NCBI GenBank assembly: GCA_040954595.2
Contig: CM082577.2
Span: 15,693,903-15,757,902 of the forward strand
From: Balanoglossus misakiensis
Taxonomy: Eukaryota; Animalia; Hemichordata
DNA length: 64,000 nucleotides
Reading direction: 5' to 3'
The notes under the pieces are model-generated. The model saw only the letters and a list, made by a program, of their open reading frames with translations, searched no databases and had not been told where the DNA came from. Positions within the stretch are counted from its first letter, which is position 1, and each line of letters begins with the position of its first letter. Position numbers and translations under genes: made by a program. Of this stretch, positions 11,301-23,831 are shown piece after piece.

Positions 11301-13123
11301 TTGCAAATTGTAGTATAAATTGAATTCATGACTCATTTATTAGTTTTTTTAATGAAATATTCAAATCCATACAACCCAAAGATGGCTCCTTCATTATTTC
11401 AGTGGAAATTTCACAGTTTATTCTTTATTTTCTACACACTCGCAAACATCTTGAAAATTATCACAGAAAAATATCGAAATCTATTGTACTGTGAAAAAAA
11501 CAATAATTTCCTTGAATAAAGTTTTAAAAATGGCTACTTTTCGGAAATTGGAAAATGTTTTCTATACTGTTATATATATTATCTCATTTTGGCGGGTACT
11601 GTATTGGAAAAGCCACTTACGTTTTGAGCGTACATCATGTACATTAGGGTATCGCGATAATTTGTTTATGTCCGGCGCCGGCGCTCTACCAGCGTCGGAC
11701 TTTCATCTGACTCTTGCAATCATTCCGCTTTAGGCAGAACATGTTTCAATTACATCGCATTCGGTATGTAAGAATTCAGAAGTGTGGCAACTGTTCCTCA
11801 GAAACCCCATGTTCTAATTGAAATTGATTGAGTCAAAATCGTATGACGTATTTTCCGTTTATCGACCGGCCGCACTGTCTTTGTACGTGTAGAAAATTTG
11901 TATGTTCGATATCATGGGCGATGTTCGGGTGCGCTCACGCGGTCTTGTGGCACGTAAATAAGTCACACAAATATCACTGTTTTGACCCACCACTTGTTTC
12001 AGACACTCAATTCATGTGTTCGTTTCTCTGAGAATTGCATAATTGTGTATTACAATCTCAGTTTTTCTCTACGACGTGTTTGACACCAGACAGGCCTGAG
12101 CTGAAGGTCGACACACGCGCGCAATCATTATCGGCGTTGCGTCACGTCAGTGACGGTGACCGTTCGTCCGTGTAGGAATTTCTATGTTCTTCCTCAAATT
12201 CTTCCACAGAGCACATATTTGAACCATTTTGGAAATAGAATTCATGAGCGCAGCGAGCTCATTAAACTTGCCCCAAACCGTGTCTCCCGTCCCTGCTCAA
12301 CGAATTCGTCTAAAATCGATCTTTTCAAATGATGCGCAGTTCACTGAATACTCCCTCCAGTGTTACAAATGTCGGCCGACCGCCTATAAAATTCTGTCGA
12401 CGACTACCTCATCCAAGCGATCTGATCTGAACGGGTTACAGTAGATAAGCCATTGGTTGTGTGTAACATAGATACGCACCGTCAGTAATTTGTGACGTGT
12501 ACCTGCCACATCATGATTTATTTGCATAGTACTGATAGTCAGTGTTGCAGCCAGGAATTTTATAACAAGGGACACTGTGTCCCCCACTATTTATTTTTGG
12601 GGACATTTTGCATATTTTGGGGACAACATAACCCATGGACAAACATGTATGTCCATGCATAAACGTTACACGTACACATACATATACAATGACATACCAC
12701 ATTAAAATTGTATATGTAATTTGATGTTTTTTTTAACAGTCAAGATTTGATCACTGATAATTAAAGTCACTGCCGATTACTGTTTATGCGTCTTTGTTTT
12801 ACTTTTCTGATTTTGATTACATTCAAGATCTTTTAAATCTGCTTCATTTCTAAATTTAGAGTTTTTACCAAAATATCAGAAAGATGAATAATCCCCCTTT
12901 TTGTACAAATAAGGATGAAAAACAGACTTGTTATTGACAAGAATCCTGGCCTTATTCCAAATAACCTGCTCAGCTGGAGGCGTGGAGGAAAAATGACTAA
13001 TTAAAATTCTTTCAAGTCCTTTATTATTTTAGGAGTAAATTTGAGAAAACTTGTTTCCCGTTATATAAAATCTATAGGGTATTTCTAAAAGCTAGGGAAA
13101 TCATTCCAAGATCAACTGTTGTC

Positions 13124-14002
13124 TACGATGGCCCCCTCATGTCACGCCTAAAATATTATTTTGAAAGTTAAACTTTCAAAATTATAGACAATATCTTCTC
13201 CCAAAAGTAAACTTAAGTTTTGGTGAAGGCAACTTTAATTTTGACGCCCACAATTTCAATTTCAGTGGAGTAAACTTTTTAATTTTGACAATAAAACTTT
13301 AATTTTACTTTACACAACTCTTATTTTAGAGAACAAAAGTTTAATTTCCGAAAGCCAATTTTATTTTTTCCGAGACTAAAATTTTAAGATTATTTTTCCA
13401 AAAAAAACTTCTAACACTTGAGATAAAATTATCTATACTACATAGAATTATTTTATTTTCGGAAAGAAATATTTAATTTTGTAAAACTTTTTTTAAGTAA
13501 CATTACTTTTGGCGGGTGAAAATTTTATTTTACAGATGTAAATATATTTTTATCTAATTTCTAGTTACACAACTTATGGGGGCGCTCTTTCTATTGCTAC
13601 TGACAAACTTTTTCATGGGGGCGCAATTCAGGTTTCGGCGTGCGAATTTCTTTTACATACATGACAAAATATATTTTCAGAAAGCAAAATATTTATTTCT
13701 TCGCGGCGGAAATGAAGCTATCCCACAATTCCCGTACATGAGGACGTTACAGGAGTACATAAATCCAACAAACAAACAGATGAGATGGCTATCTATTCAC
13801 AGTGCAATGTTTACAGATTGTATCTACTACGGCCGGAGCAGACAAATCCGGACAATTTCGCCGACGTATCGTAGACCTTTGAATGACGCTGTCGATCAAA
13901 TTGAATACAAGATCTAGGGGAGTCGGTCCGTGGGAGAAATCGGCCAGGTGCGAACTCGGCTCGTAAAATCATTGAAATTAAAGTTCTTTAAATCATGTTT
14001 CG
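13124..14002 (+). repeat. Left long TIR of the IS3EU-like element
   Basis: Reverse complement of 39333-40306; near-identical in the inner ~350 bp, diverged in the AT-rich outer part. Confidence 0.9.
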
Positions 14003-16112
14003 ATTAACCGGCTGTCCCTTCCAATTTCGGGTGTTTCACGTCGAGGACGGACTGAAGCAGCTCCACGCGACCACTTTGGAAAGCTCCCCGGTGACCTCAT
14101 AAGCGGCAGCGCGTCCATCTACGTGATCGTTGAATTCGAGGCACGGTCCCTAGGGACCATGTCTGAGGTCATGTTTTCTAGAGCGGCTATCTATAACTCA
14201 GCGTGGCCAGTCGGCCGCGGTGGGTTCGATAATCAGCGCGAAAGTCAATCATCATATGGAAATTGTTTGCCGTCGATGTCCAAGTAAACAATAGCGTGTA
14301 AGGTGAACATGTGTGGGTGGGATCGACCATTTTACCCTAAACGGAACAGCCGGTTAAGGTGGCATTGCATGAAACCGTCGAGACTTTTTCAGAGGCCTAT
14401 TTCTCATCAAAGACAACGTTAAAACCCCCATAAACCATATATATTCTGGAAGCTGAGTTTTTGAACTTTTGTTTGGGTTGCAAATATTATCGATCCCCGG
14501 AAATGGTGGCGATTTTGGGTGAAAAAAAACATTTTTTGATATTATGTCATTAAATTTAAATTAGGTAAAAAAGTTGACCATGCATCATGCATGTTAATAT
14601 GTCATTCGAAACTAGAGTACACGTGCAAAAAACGGTAATTTTGTTTTGCGTTATCTGCTTCCATTGAGGAGTAACAGCGTTTGAAAGTTAGATTTTTAGT
14701 AAAATTTGATCAAATTCACGGTGAGTTGTATTGAATCAGAGTTTATTCCCGCCAGGGACACTTTATCGACAAACAAAACTAGCGTTTTGTTGGATGGGTC
14801 ATACACAATCCCCTGTTAAAATTTGAGCAAATTGGCCAATGCAGAGCGAAGCTATTTTAGTCTGAAGTTGTCAAGAGCAGCGAAAATGCAAACTGAGAAA
14901 AACGGCCATTTGCATTGTTGACACCTATTTGTTAAGCTGTGAACTCATTCAGAAAAGTGCTATTTTGGGGTGATTATGCACCATTTCCGCCAAGACGTAT
15001 TAGTCAGGATGTGGGTTAGTAGAGAGATTAAGATAGCATACGTAGCGAGAACGTAACGTAGAACACCGATCGCGTTCCGTTTGGCGCAAGACCTGTAATT
15101 CATTTCCCATAGACGACAATGGTAGCGTTGAGCTAAATATTCCTATTTTATAACGTTCAGCGAGCTGAATCCCATTAACTGCAGTCAGAACATGGTCTGT
15201 TTGTGCACAGGCTAAATTTTCGTGCAGGCAAGTCCATGGATTTTTTTCGGGAGAGGTCACAATAGCGCCCCCAGTGGTAATTTTGAAAAAAAATTATGCC
15301 AAAGTGCACAGTCGCCTCATCTTGCATTACTGCGCTGTGTACAACAACATTACACCACATTCTCTCACACCAGTGGGAATTTTGAATGCATCTCAAAATG
15401 CTCTCTCAAAAAATGCTACATATCCATGGTAAATCCTATTGAGCATCAATTCAGGTCTCAAAATATTAGGCAATGCACAACTTTTTTTACGGACGAACCA
15501 GGAAGTGAATTACAGGTCTTGTGACAATATAGGGAAGTCAAAATTAACAAAAATGCTAAATTTTACTACCAGTGAAAAGACAGACTGTCCCAATAAATAA
15601 TGTTAAAATATAAAAATCCCTTGCCAAGTACTTCTGCTGATGGGTCAGTTTGAAACCATACATGTGTAGTAGTGACACATGTCATTTTAATTTTCAAAAA
15701 AATAAGCTGTGACACATGAAATCATACCACTAGAAAAAAATCTTGCAGCCCCAGAACATAGATCCTACAAGTTTTGCACTTGTCAAAGACTGGCTCTCTC
15801 ATAACTGTTGTACTCATTGCAGAAATTTGAAATACAACGTAAAACTTTGCTAATTTTCAATGGCAATGCAATATTACTGGTATTTTTGCTCAAATTTCTG
15901 AAAATAAACATCTCTCTCAGAAAAACCAATGAGGGGATTTGCACAAATTTAACATATGAAAACACTTGACACTCCTGTGTGGCAAGAAAGATGTTGATGT
16001 ATTATTCGTCATTGTTTACAAAAAACTTCATAGTTATTTCACTAAAAATACTATAAAAAAAAGAAATGGAATACTACACTTTTTAAATCTATTTTTCTTT
16101 CCAAAATTACAG

Positions 16113-17407
16113 ATTTGCAAAGCAGGACCTGATCCGCTTACATGATGCACTCTCTCTTCCGGAAAAGATAGTTGGTTATAATGGATCCACAGCAACAAGC
16201 ATGGAGGCATTACTTATTCTTCTGCGCCGACTCTCATATCCTAAACACTGGTGTGATTTAGTACATTTCTTTCAAAGAGACGAGCCAGAATTGAGTATAA
16301 TTTTCAATACGGTATGTGATTTTGTTGTTAATGTATCATTTTTTATATTTTTAATACATGTTATGTGTTCCTGCAAATGTTGTACTACATAATCAGTACA
16401 TAGTAATTTCTTATCAGTAGAATGACATATTTACAATCTGTATGTAAAAAGACAATCTAAAGAATGACACTGGATCGAATAACAAATTGCCAGGACGTAT
16501 GTATGTGTTGTTTAACACTAAGGTTAAATATGTGACTTCAGAGACTTATTTCAAATCTGTTTGGGTGTGTTGTTTAATGCAGATTGCAGAACATATCCAT
16601 AGAGAGTTTGGTCACCTCCTTACAAATCTAGACTTGGCGTGGATTGATCCAGTGGCATTTTCTGCTCAATCATTAACAAGCGAGCCCCACTGGATAATTG
16701 TTGGGGATTTAATGATGGGACCACCAGACCTATTTCCAGACCACGTCATGGCCAAAAAGTTGTGTTTTCTGGCCATAAAAGAACTCACTGTCTTAAATTT
16801 CAGGTAAGGAATATCCTTTTCTCTATCCAGGGAGTATTTGACTATTTGAACTGAATTCTGACCCAGTCTGTTTTGCATTAGTCAAGGGTTGAATATTGAT
16901 GGCTTCATTCATAACTGAAAGATATTGTCCTTTATTCCTTTGCAGTCGATTCAAACCCCCTGCGGACATGTCGCCCATATGTTTGGGCCGATTGAGGGAA
17001 GTCGGCACGATGCATACATGCTGGCAGAGAGTGGAGTGCTACCAGGGTTAGAGCAGATCCAACACAATGGTGTAGTGATGTGTGTATATGGCGATCCTGC
17101 ATATCCTCTTCGGCCTGAGTTAATGGGACCATTTAAGGGGGCAAATTTAATTGAACAACAAAAGAATTTAAATAAAGCAATGTCTGAAGTTCGTACTTGT
17201 GTTGAATGGGGGTTTGGGAAAATAGTGTCTTTGTTTGCGTTTCTTGATTTTAAGAAAAATCAGAAGCTTTATTTACAACCGGTGGGGGTTTATTTTCTTG
17301 TTGCAACCATTTTATGTAATTGTCATACCTGTCTCTATGGCAGTGAAACAGGCATTCATTTTGACCTGGAACCTCCTACTCTGGAAAATTACCTTGGTAA
17401 CCATTGA
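16113..17407 (+). pseudogene. Harbinger/HARBI1-like (DDE_Tnp_4) transposase; exons 16113-16311, 16583-16803, 16946-17407; frameshift near 16667; first exon not found
   Basis: LLRRLSYP, NCWGFNDGT, FSGHKRTHCLKFQ, YGDPAYP, MSEVRTCVEWGFG; GT-AG introns join the frames; 1-nt loss in the middle exon. Confidence 0.88.
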
Positions 17408-17827
17408 AGCGTTGAAGTGTTTTGAAGTTGTGTTAGAGTTGAATAATAAAGATTGACAATTTTAATATCCTCTTTCAACTATGTTGCTTTATTTGAGTTC
17501 TAATTCTCCCTTGTAGCACACTCATAAACAAAACACGATCTCATTCACTAAAGCACATTGAAGTAAATGAACAGTAAATTTTAATTTTTCATTGGACTTT
17601 TTCTAAAATTGTAGAAATTTACAACTGTACTGAATTAATACTATAAGGCAACATTGTTTATATGGTGGGTGATTAGAAAATTATTTTGTTAAAATTTAAA
17701 TATACAACAAATTTCTGTTAAAACAACAATATTTTGGTAAAATTTAAATATACAACAAATTTCTGTTAAAACAACAATATTAAACTGTGAACAAAATTAT
17801 AAACTGTTTCGAATAAAATACATGTAT

Positions 17828-19626
17828 TTAATTTCTTTTGGCAAGCTGCTCTAGCATTTTCATTTGGATTTCTAACTGTCTTTACAACACTACATGTGAC
17901 CATACTCTTTGTTCTCTTGGGACATTATCTATGATAATGCACTGGTACCAGTGCAATATCTGGATATTGCACTGCACCTGGCATAATAAGATTCACTACA
18001 ACAAACAAGATAGCTTTGACAGGAGGTACTTTAATTCATGCAAAAAATACAAAGCAAATTAGTTGTTTTCCATTTTGAAGGATATGCTGCCTCCGGCGGG
18101 GAGAACTGCTTTCACACACGGATTCACCTGAAAGCTTGATTTTTTTCGACGTACCAAAAATTCCTTGAAGCACTTTGCTGACTTCGAACTGTTGCTCGAG
18201 ACTTGTACGCTGAAAAGAGAGCTGCTACTTACAGAAGAGGATGTGTGCAGTGGGGGCTGCATTTTCGCCAAGTCACTTTCCGTGACCGTTGGGTTATGTA
18301 CGCTATCTTCGACGAGGCTATCAAAATCTTGGAAAATCCAGTCCATATCGCCACCGTCATCACCTTCGCTTTCGCTTGGGTGTCGGAACGTGCTCTGGGT
18401 AATGAAAAGCTCGTGCTCGTCGCTACTTTCGGCCATGGTGTTTGTCTGTCGAAGGTTGAGTTCCGAATGATGATGGAAACGTGGCACCTCAATGACCACG
18501 TGACAAATGCCCTGGCTGACAAGTATCCAATCGAAATGAGTCATACACCAGGTGTATTTTGCGACGCCTGTGATTGGTTGATGTGATTGAGAAGTTGTTT
18601 AGCATATATCTAGATCACAGATGTTGCGACGTGTTGTAAGCCGGATAATGTACTCGTGTCGTGCAATCGTTCAGATATTGGACGACACTCGGGCCTGCGG
18701 CCCTCGTGTCGTTCAATATCTGAACGATTGCAGTCCACTCGTACATTATCCATTACTTCCTGTAGGGCAATCCGTCTCTTCTCAACCTCCAGTGCATCCT
18801 GCTTATATTTAATTTCCGCCTCGTGCTTTTGTTGAAGGTATGTGAATAGATCTGCCTTGGATGTTCTGTTGGCTTTTCGTCTTTTCTCTATATTAGACAA
18901 TTAAAGAAATGAAATACTGTAAAAAATGTGAACAAATTTGGAATCAAGTCTGTAATCAGTAAATATTTCATTGTTGTGTGACGCTGGTGTACAGGTTTAT
19001 ATCATGTGCCTTGGAAATCAGACGTGTTAAATGGTCTGCTTTTTTATTTACACACAAATATGTCCATATTCATTGCTCTAATTTTTTCTGAAAATGTTAT
19101 TACGCTGAAATCTTGCAAAAAAATTCAAAGCCTGCATCAGACCTGGTAAATTCAACACTGACACATCACTGTTCATACACCAGTGTTTCAGTGTTGTCTT
19201 CACAGCAATAGATGCTGTCATATAAACATCACTGTATACACACCTGTGATAACAGGCTTGATTCAGACCTGTCCATACATGTCACTCTCTGATATCTGAC
19301 CAATTTTGCAGGTCCTGCAATAGAGGTCATTACTCAGAGACTGTTACAGATCTGATCAGACCTGTTATAGGCATGTTCTGAAATTTGCCTGTGGATTTCT
19401 AGCTGTGGTCCTGATGACCTTAGTATTACCTTCTGGATCCTTATTATCTGCTAGTGTCATTCTTTTCATGGCAGTTTCCCTGATGGCAAGTGCTTGCTGT
19501 CTTTGTTCGTGTTTTTTCTTTGATGCAACAGCCTCATTTGTTGTACTTGCTGAATTGCTTTCAACATAGGACACAATTTCTTGACACAATTGTTGCAATT
19601 CATTGTATTGCTCTTCCGTACCAGAT
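17828..19626 (-). pseudogene. Myb/SANT-like gene, downstream exons (19626-19430; 18887-18757 plus 17881-17828); last exon split by a Crypton-like insert
   Basis: SGTEEQYNELQQLCQEI, then coiled coil LEVEKRRIALQE / RQLEIQMKMLEQLAKRN*, contiguous once the insert is removed; further small exons possible. Confidence 0.72.
17884..18756 (-). mobile_element. Non-autonomous Crypton-like element with an ORF remnant
   Basis: No TIR, only TT shared at the junctions; 71-bp subterminal hairpin 18662-18732 centred on GGGCCTGCGGCCC; acidic remnant MAESSDEHELFITQSTF; no recombinase present. Confidence 0.6.
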
Positions 19627-19633
19627 CTGTGAA

Positions 19634-19673
19634 GAATGAATGAATGAATGAATGAATGAATGAATGAATGAAT
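19634..19673. repeat. (GAAT)10 microsatellite at the intron acceptor
   Basis: Direct reading. Confidence 0.95.
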
Positions 19674-19781
19674 AACAGAAAACATTAAATTCTAAGCTCA
19701 ATTAGCTATAACGTTTTATTTCTTTTTTTTCATCTGTAATTTAAAGGGGCACATTTAAACTTCACTATTAATGCTTCATCA

Positions 19782-19952
19782 TGTTGTGATTGCCGATGTC
19801 TCACCTGAGTGCGTCTAATCTACGGTTTCTAAAGGTCTTTTGGGAGGTCAGTCAAAGGCATGCTGCTCAATCTGAAGCATAGCAGAAAGAGAACGAACTA
19901 CTTCCGCCCAGGGGTGGGTAGGGTCAGTGACGTCATGGGCAGATTCACAACA
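19782..19952 (-). repeat. 3' LTR (171 bp)
   Basis: Identical to 38025-38195; preceded on the minus strand by PPT GGTGGATGAAGAG (19953-19965). Confidence 0.95.
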
Positions 19953-20149
19953 CTCTTCATCACCACATTTTGAAGGGCTTCGTCTTCTTCCCCCAAAACA
20001 CCGGGGGATAACACAACATTGAACACAACAATAACAAAAATAGAATGTCCAGCTGGGCTTTACTGGGTATGCCCCACTGGTCGGCCTGTTTGTTTCTTTT
20101 CTGGTGCCTCTTCCAACAGCTGTTGGAGGGCTTCCTCCTGTTGGTTTCT

Positions 20150-21418
20150 TTATCTTTTTGGGGTGAAGCCCGACCGCCACGTTCCACCCCGGCTCCCTAA
20201 GCAGGAAGTGGTGACACCTTCGCTTCGGTGAGCCTGGGCTCTCATGCGGTCCGAGTGGAAGTGGGTATCTATAGCCTGGGATAGTCCCCTGGCTGGTGAC
20301 GCCGCACTGGGTCGTCTCCCTTCTGGGCTTCCGGCGCTTGCTTGGGACTGTGGTCGTGGTGCCGCTGGGGCTTCCACTGCTGATTTCTTTCCAGATGGGG
20401 GCCCTTCCACTGTCCCCGAGAGGTCAGGTGGCCTCTCTGGGCTTGCTTTCTCGGGTGGCCTCCCCTGCTCATCCTGTGGCGGCCTTTTCTCTACCCTCTC
20501 CACCGATGCCGACTCCACTCGAGGGCGGGATCCCGCAGATTTCCAGCGCCTGCTCGAACGGCTTCTCTTCCTCCTGCTGCACCTGATGGTGGCTGTCGAG
20601 GACGCAGTGCGAGTCGGGTTTGGTAGATGTCTCGCTGGCCTTACGATCAGTCGTCTGGGCAATGTAACTTTTGCCACTTTCCCTTTCGTCCCTTGCCGAC
20701 CATATGTCATGTGTACACTTTCCCCGTCAAACCACAACTGATTTCTTCGCATATCTAGAATCACTCTCCTTGTCCGCATAAAGTCTGCCCCTAGCAACAT
20801 GTCATCATCTATCGGTGCTACATACACATCCTCTGTGAATTTGGTCCTTCCCAACTTCAGGCGCAAAGGCCCTACTTTATGGGCTTTCATTTCCATTTCA
20901 CGCCCTGCAGTTTGCATGATGGTGGTTTTGAGTACTGGGGGGCGGTTCCCAAGACGGCTATAGAGACGGTCTGAAATGATGGTGACTTCTGCTGCCGTGT
21001 CTACTACTGCCTGTACTTTAATCCCTTCAACTAAAATGGGCACACTGTACATATACCCTGACACTAATTGACATAAAGTTATGGGCTGGGTGTCATCACC
21101 GCTGGGGGATTCATTCGCTGTGGATTCATCAGTGTCCGAATTCGGGGAATCATACTCCTGTTCGTCCAAAGAATCCCCTGACGAGTTGTACTGTTCGTCG
21201 GTTCGTGCATCCCTAGGGTGTAGATAGAACCCGTGCCTTCGCAATATATTGTCAGTGTGGGTATCTAAAGTGGCCTGACACACTGACCCCTCTTCTCGGA
21301 TTTTGGCACAACCCTTGGTGTCAGTGCGTGTTGTCACCCTGTCAATTCCATTTCCTCCCTCCTTCACTTTGGGATCATCTCTTCCGAGTATTGGGCCCTT
21401 TGGTGGCTCCTGGGTCAA
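20150..21418 (-). pseudogene. Truncated pol: retroviral-type aspartic protease only, no RT/RH/IN
   Basis: VQAVVDTAAEVTII and DMLLGADFM motifs, then a low-complexity tail. Confidence 0.85.
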
Positions 21419-23701
21419 ACTGGTCTGACCCTTTCCCGCTGCTCAGCGAATGTTACCCGTTTCTCCCCGGAATCTGAGGTTACTCTTTCCCTTCCCTTGG
21501 GGCATTCCCTACGGAAGTGTCCAGATTCCCCACAGTTAAAGCATTCCCGTCCCCTAGGGGAGGGTGACCGAGACCGGCCTGCCTCGCGTGGGGATAGGGC
21601 AACCACTGTCTTTCTCAAACTCTCTAAAGCTCCGGCCACTTCAGTCATTTGTTCTCTAAGGGTATTTATCCCGCGACTTGGACTCGGGTTACGTGGGGTT
21701 CGAAACCTCTCCCGCGAGCCTGTTCCGCCGTCGGTGGGTGATAAATCGCGATCTCTGGGGGGTCGCTCCCAAGTGGCTGATCGCACGCGTATGGACTCGC
21801 CGTCGCTATCTGTCTCAGATGTTACTCGTTTTACTTCCCGACGCGAGGTTCGGCGGCCGAAGATTTCGCGATTGTTATATTGGAACCAACGTATTTGGTC
21901 TATGGCCTCTTCCATGGAGGATGCGCGTTGGTTAGCAACGTAAAGCCCTGCCTCGCGATCGGAGCATCGCTGACAAAACCTCATTATTGCCTGACGGTCC
22001 ATAGCGTGTTCCGTCAGATCGGGGAAAGCGTTTGTCGCGAGGGACAGGATTCGATCAGCCCATTTTTCGAGTGACTCCCCCTCTTTCTGATGGGACTGCT
22101 GAAATCTAATCTGCGCGGTCTCTGGCAGTTCTCGGCGCCCAAAACGCTTGTCTAGCTTACTGACCAGCCGCTGGTAGCTGATATTTCGCTCGCGCCTCGC
22201 TCGAGCAGTGTCGAGTGAAATTCGCTGGCGTCGCCGTCTAAACAAAAGCACAAGCAACATCCGCGCGTTCGTAAGGGCTGGCTGGGAGCGGTGTGAACCC
22301 CATCAGATATGGTGGCGGTGGGGTAAAATACCTTGGGAAGTTGTCTGGTGGATACGGTGGAGACACCCCAACCTGGTTCCCTGGGTAACCCCTTTGCTCT
22401 GTTGTGTGAAAATTATCCCTGTCTCGGGGTCCCCTGCAGTACTCACTTGCTGTGGGAGGGTAACCCCAACTATCCAATTCTCGATGTTGGCCAATTTTCT
22501 CCCCTCCCCTGGGATATGGGGTTGTCTTGGGCCCTGTACTATTTCCCCTCCCATACTCCAGTGATGACTGATCACTTTTGCTAGCCCGCTCTGAAACTGG
22601 GATTTCGGGTGGCCCCTGGAATTTCCCCGTTTTGCGTGTATTTCTGCAGGTCGGTGTTTGCCGGTCCTCATCACTACTACTACTTAGAGAATAATGAACG
22701 CCCCAAAGACCCATAATGGACGAAAGCACACATTGTGCGTCATAATATACGAGGCGAAGCCGAGTATATTATGGAGCACAATGTGTGCTTGAGTCCATTA
22801 TGGGTCTTTGGGGCGTTCATTATTCTCATTATTTTATAGTTTTGTCAATGCCAGTGAATTTGCAGACTTCAAAAAGTATAGGTGCAAACAATTCAGACTC
22901 GGACATCGAGAACAGAGCAATGGCGTACGCGTAAACAAAAGGTCACCTGATCGTGGTGTGTCAGTGTACTGTACATTTCTAGTATCATATTCAAACATCA
23001 GGAAATAAATAATGAAGGTTTATTTACGCATGTGAAAATTCATTTAAGGGTTCTGCTGAAATATATCTGAAATAGTTTCGATTTTGGTGTAATCTTGGGG
23101 AGGATTTGGGGAATATTTGAATTCGTTTGCGTTCTCAGGAAAGTTCACGTATACGGGCGCTCGGAAGGTTGCAATACATAAACAAACTCGCCCTCGATCG
23201 ACCCTCCGTACCGCGTAGACATCATGACACTTGCGGCATATTTTTTTTACGTATAGCTTCGTTGACATGACTGCTTGGTACATGGTACACGGTATGTATG
23301 GTGAACGAATGTCAAATCCAGCATCATGGAGAGGTTTGCTTTACGTGCGTGAGCGAGCCATGTTGACTGCGCGTGATTCAAGAGCAGACGACATGTACTG
23401 CAGCCGTAGGAAGAAAAAATAAACAAAACGCCAGTCGAGGACAGATTTGGAAATTAATAAATATCGCCGTATTTATTCTGTGTACGTTTGCATTTCTTTT
23501 TTAGCCCTTAAAATGTTCTCATTGTTTGAAATCCTCCGTTATTCAGTCGGAAATTGTACACGTCCACTGGTTCTTGGGCGCGTCGCGCGTCCATCGAATA
23601 ACACGATACATTATCAGTAATAATGTATAGCTATGACGTCACAAAATTCACTGGTATTGATAAAGCTATAATATAATGTACCTTATTTCATAGGACACCA
23701 T
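21415..23701 (-). pseudogene. gag: Gag of the nested LTR element, interrupted by a Crypton-like insert and frameshifted
   Basis: MVSYEI|SSSSDEDR rejoined across 22687-23681; LDKRFGRRELPETAQIRFQQSHQKEGESLEKWADRI; CFNCGESGHFRREC. Confidence 0.85.
22687..23681. mobile_element. Non-autonomous Crypton-like element (~1 kb)
   Basis: CTTA repeated at both junctions (22683-22686, 23682-23685), no TIR; ~140-bp terminal hairpin 22687-22828 centred on CGAGGCGAAGCCGAG; removing it restores gag. Confidence 0.65.
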
Positions 23702-23831
23702 TTTGTGAAATTCAGGTGTGGGCCTGAGATGAGGGATTTCCCCTAATATTTCTTTTGAGACCCTCCCGTATCTATTTCTGGCTCTCAAGATTGCCTTTAC
23801 CACTTTTTTACCTACCCCTGGCAAAGTCTTA

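Noticed and set aside
5916-11336. Long repetitive ORFs on both strands
   Set aside because: Products of a 66-bp (22-codon) unit; 65- and 67-bp units shift frames freely, so there is no coding constraint
11340-12540. CpG-rich stretch with short ORFs, possible host promoter or exon
   Set aside because: No recognisable domain or consistent splice structure
12540-12610. Lone hAT-like terminus CAGTGTTGCAGCCAGG
   Set aside because: No partner end or TSD in the window
14003-14357. Relic pogo/Tc1-like MITE continuing at 39194-39250 (ends GGCGACTG-TA)
   Set aside because: Left end is missing, so an extra nesting level cannot be confirmed
17690-17782. 48-bp tandem duplication between the convergent Harbinger genes
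   Set aside because: Ordinary AT-rich slippage duplication
17877-18756. Crypton-like insert removed as an intron (minus-strand GTAATG donor, in-frame ACAG acceptor)
   Set aside because: No polypyrimidine tract, and the host element is already defective
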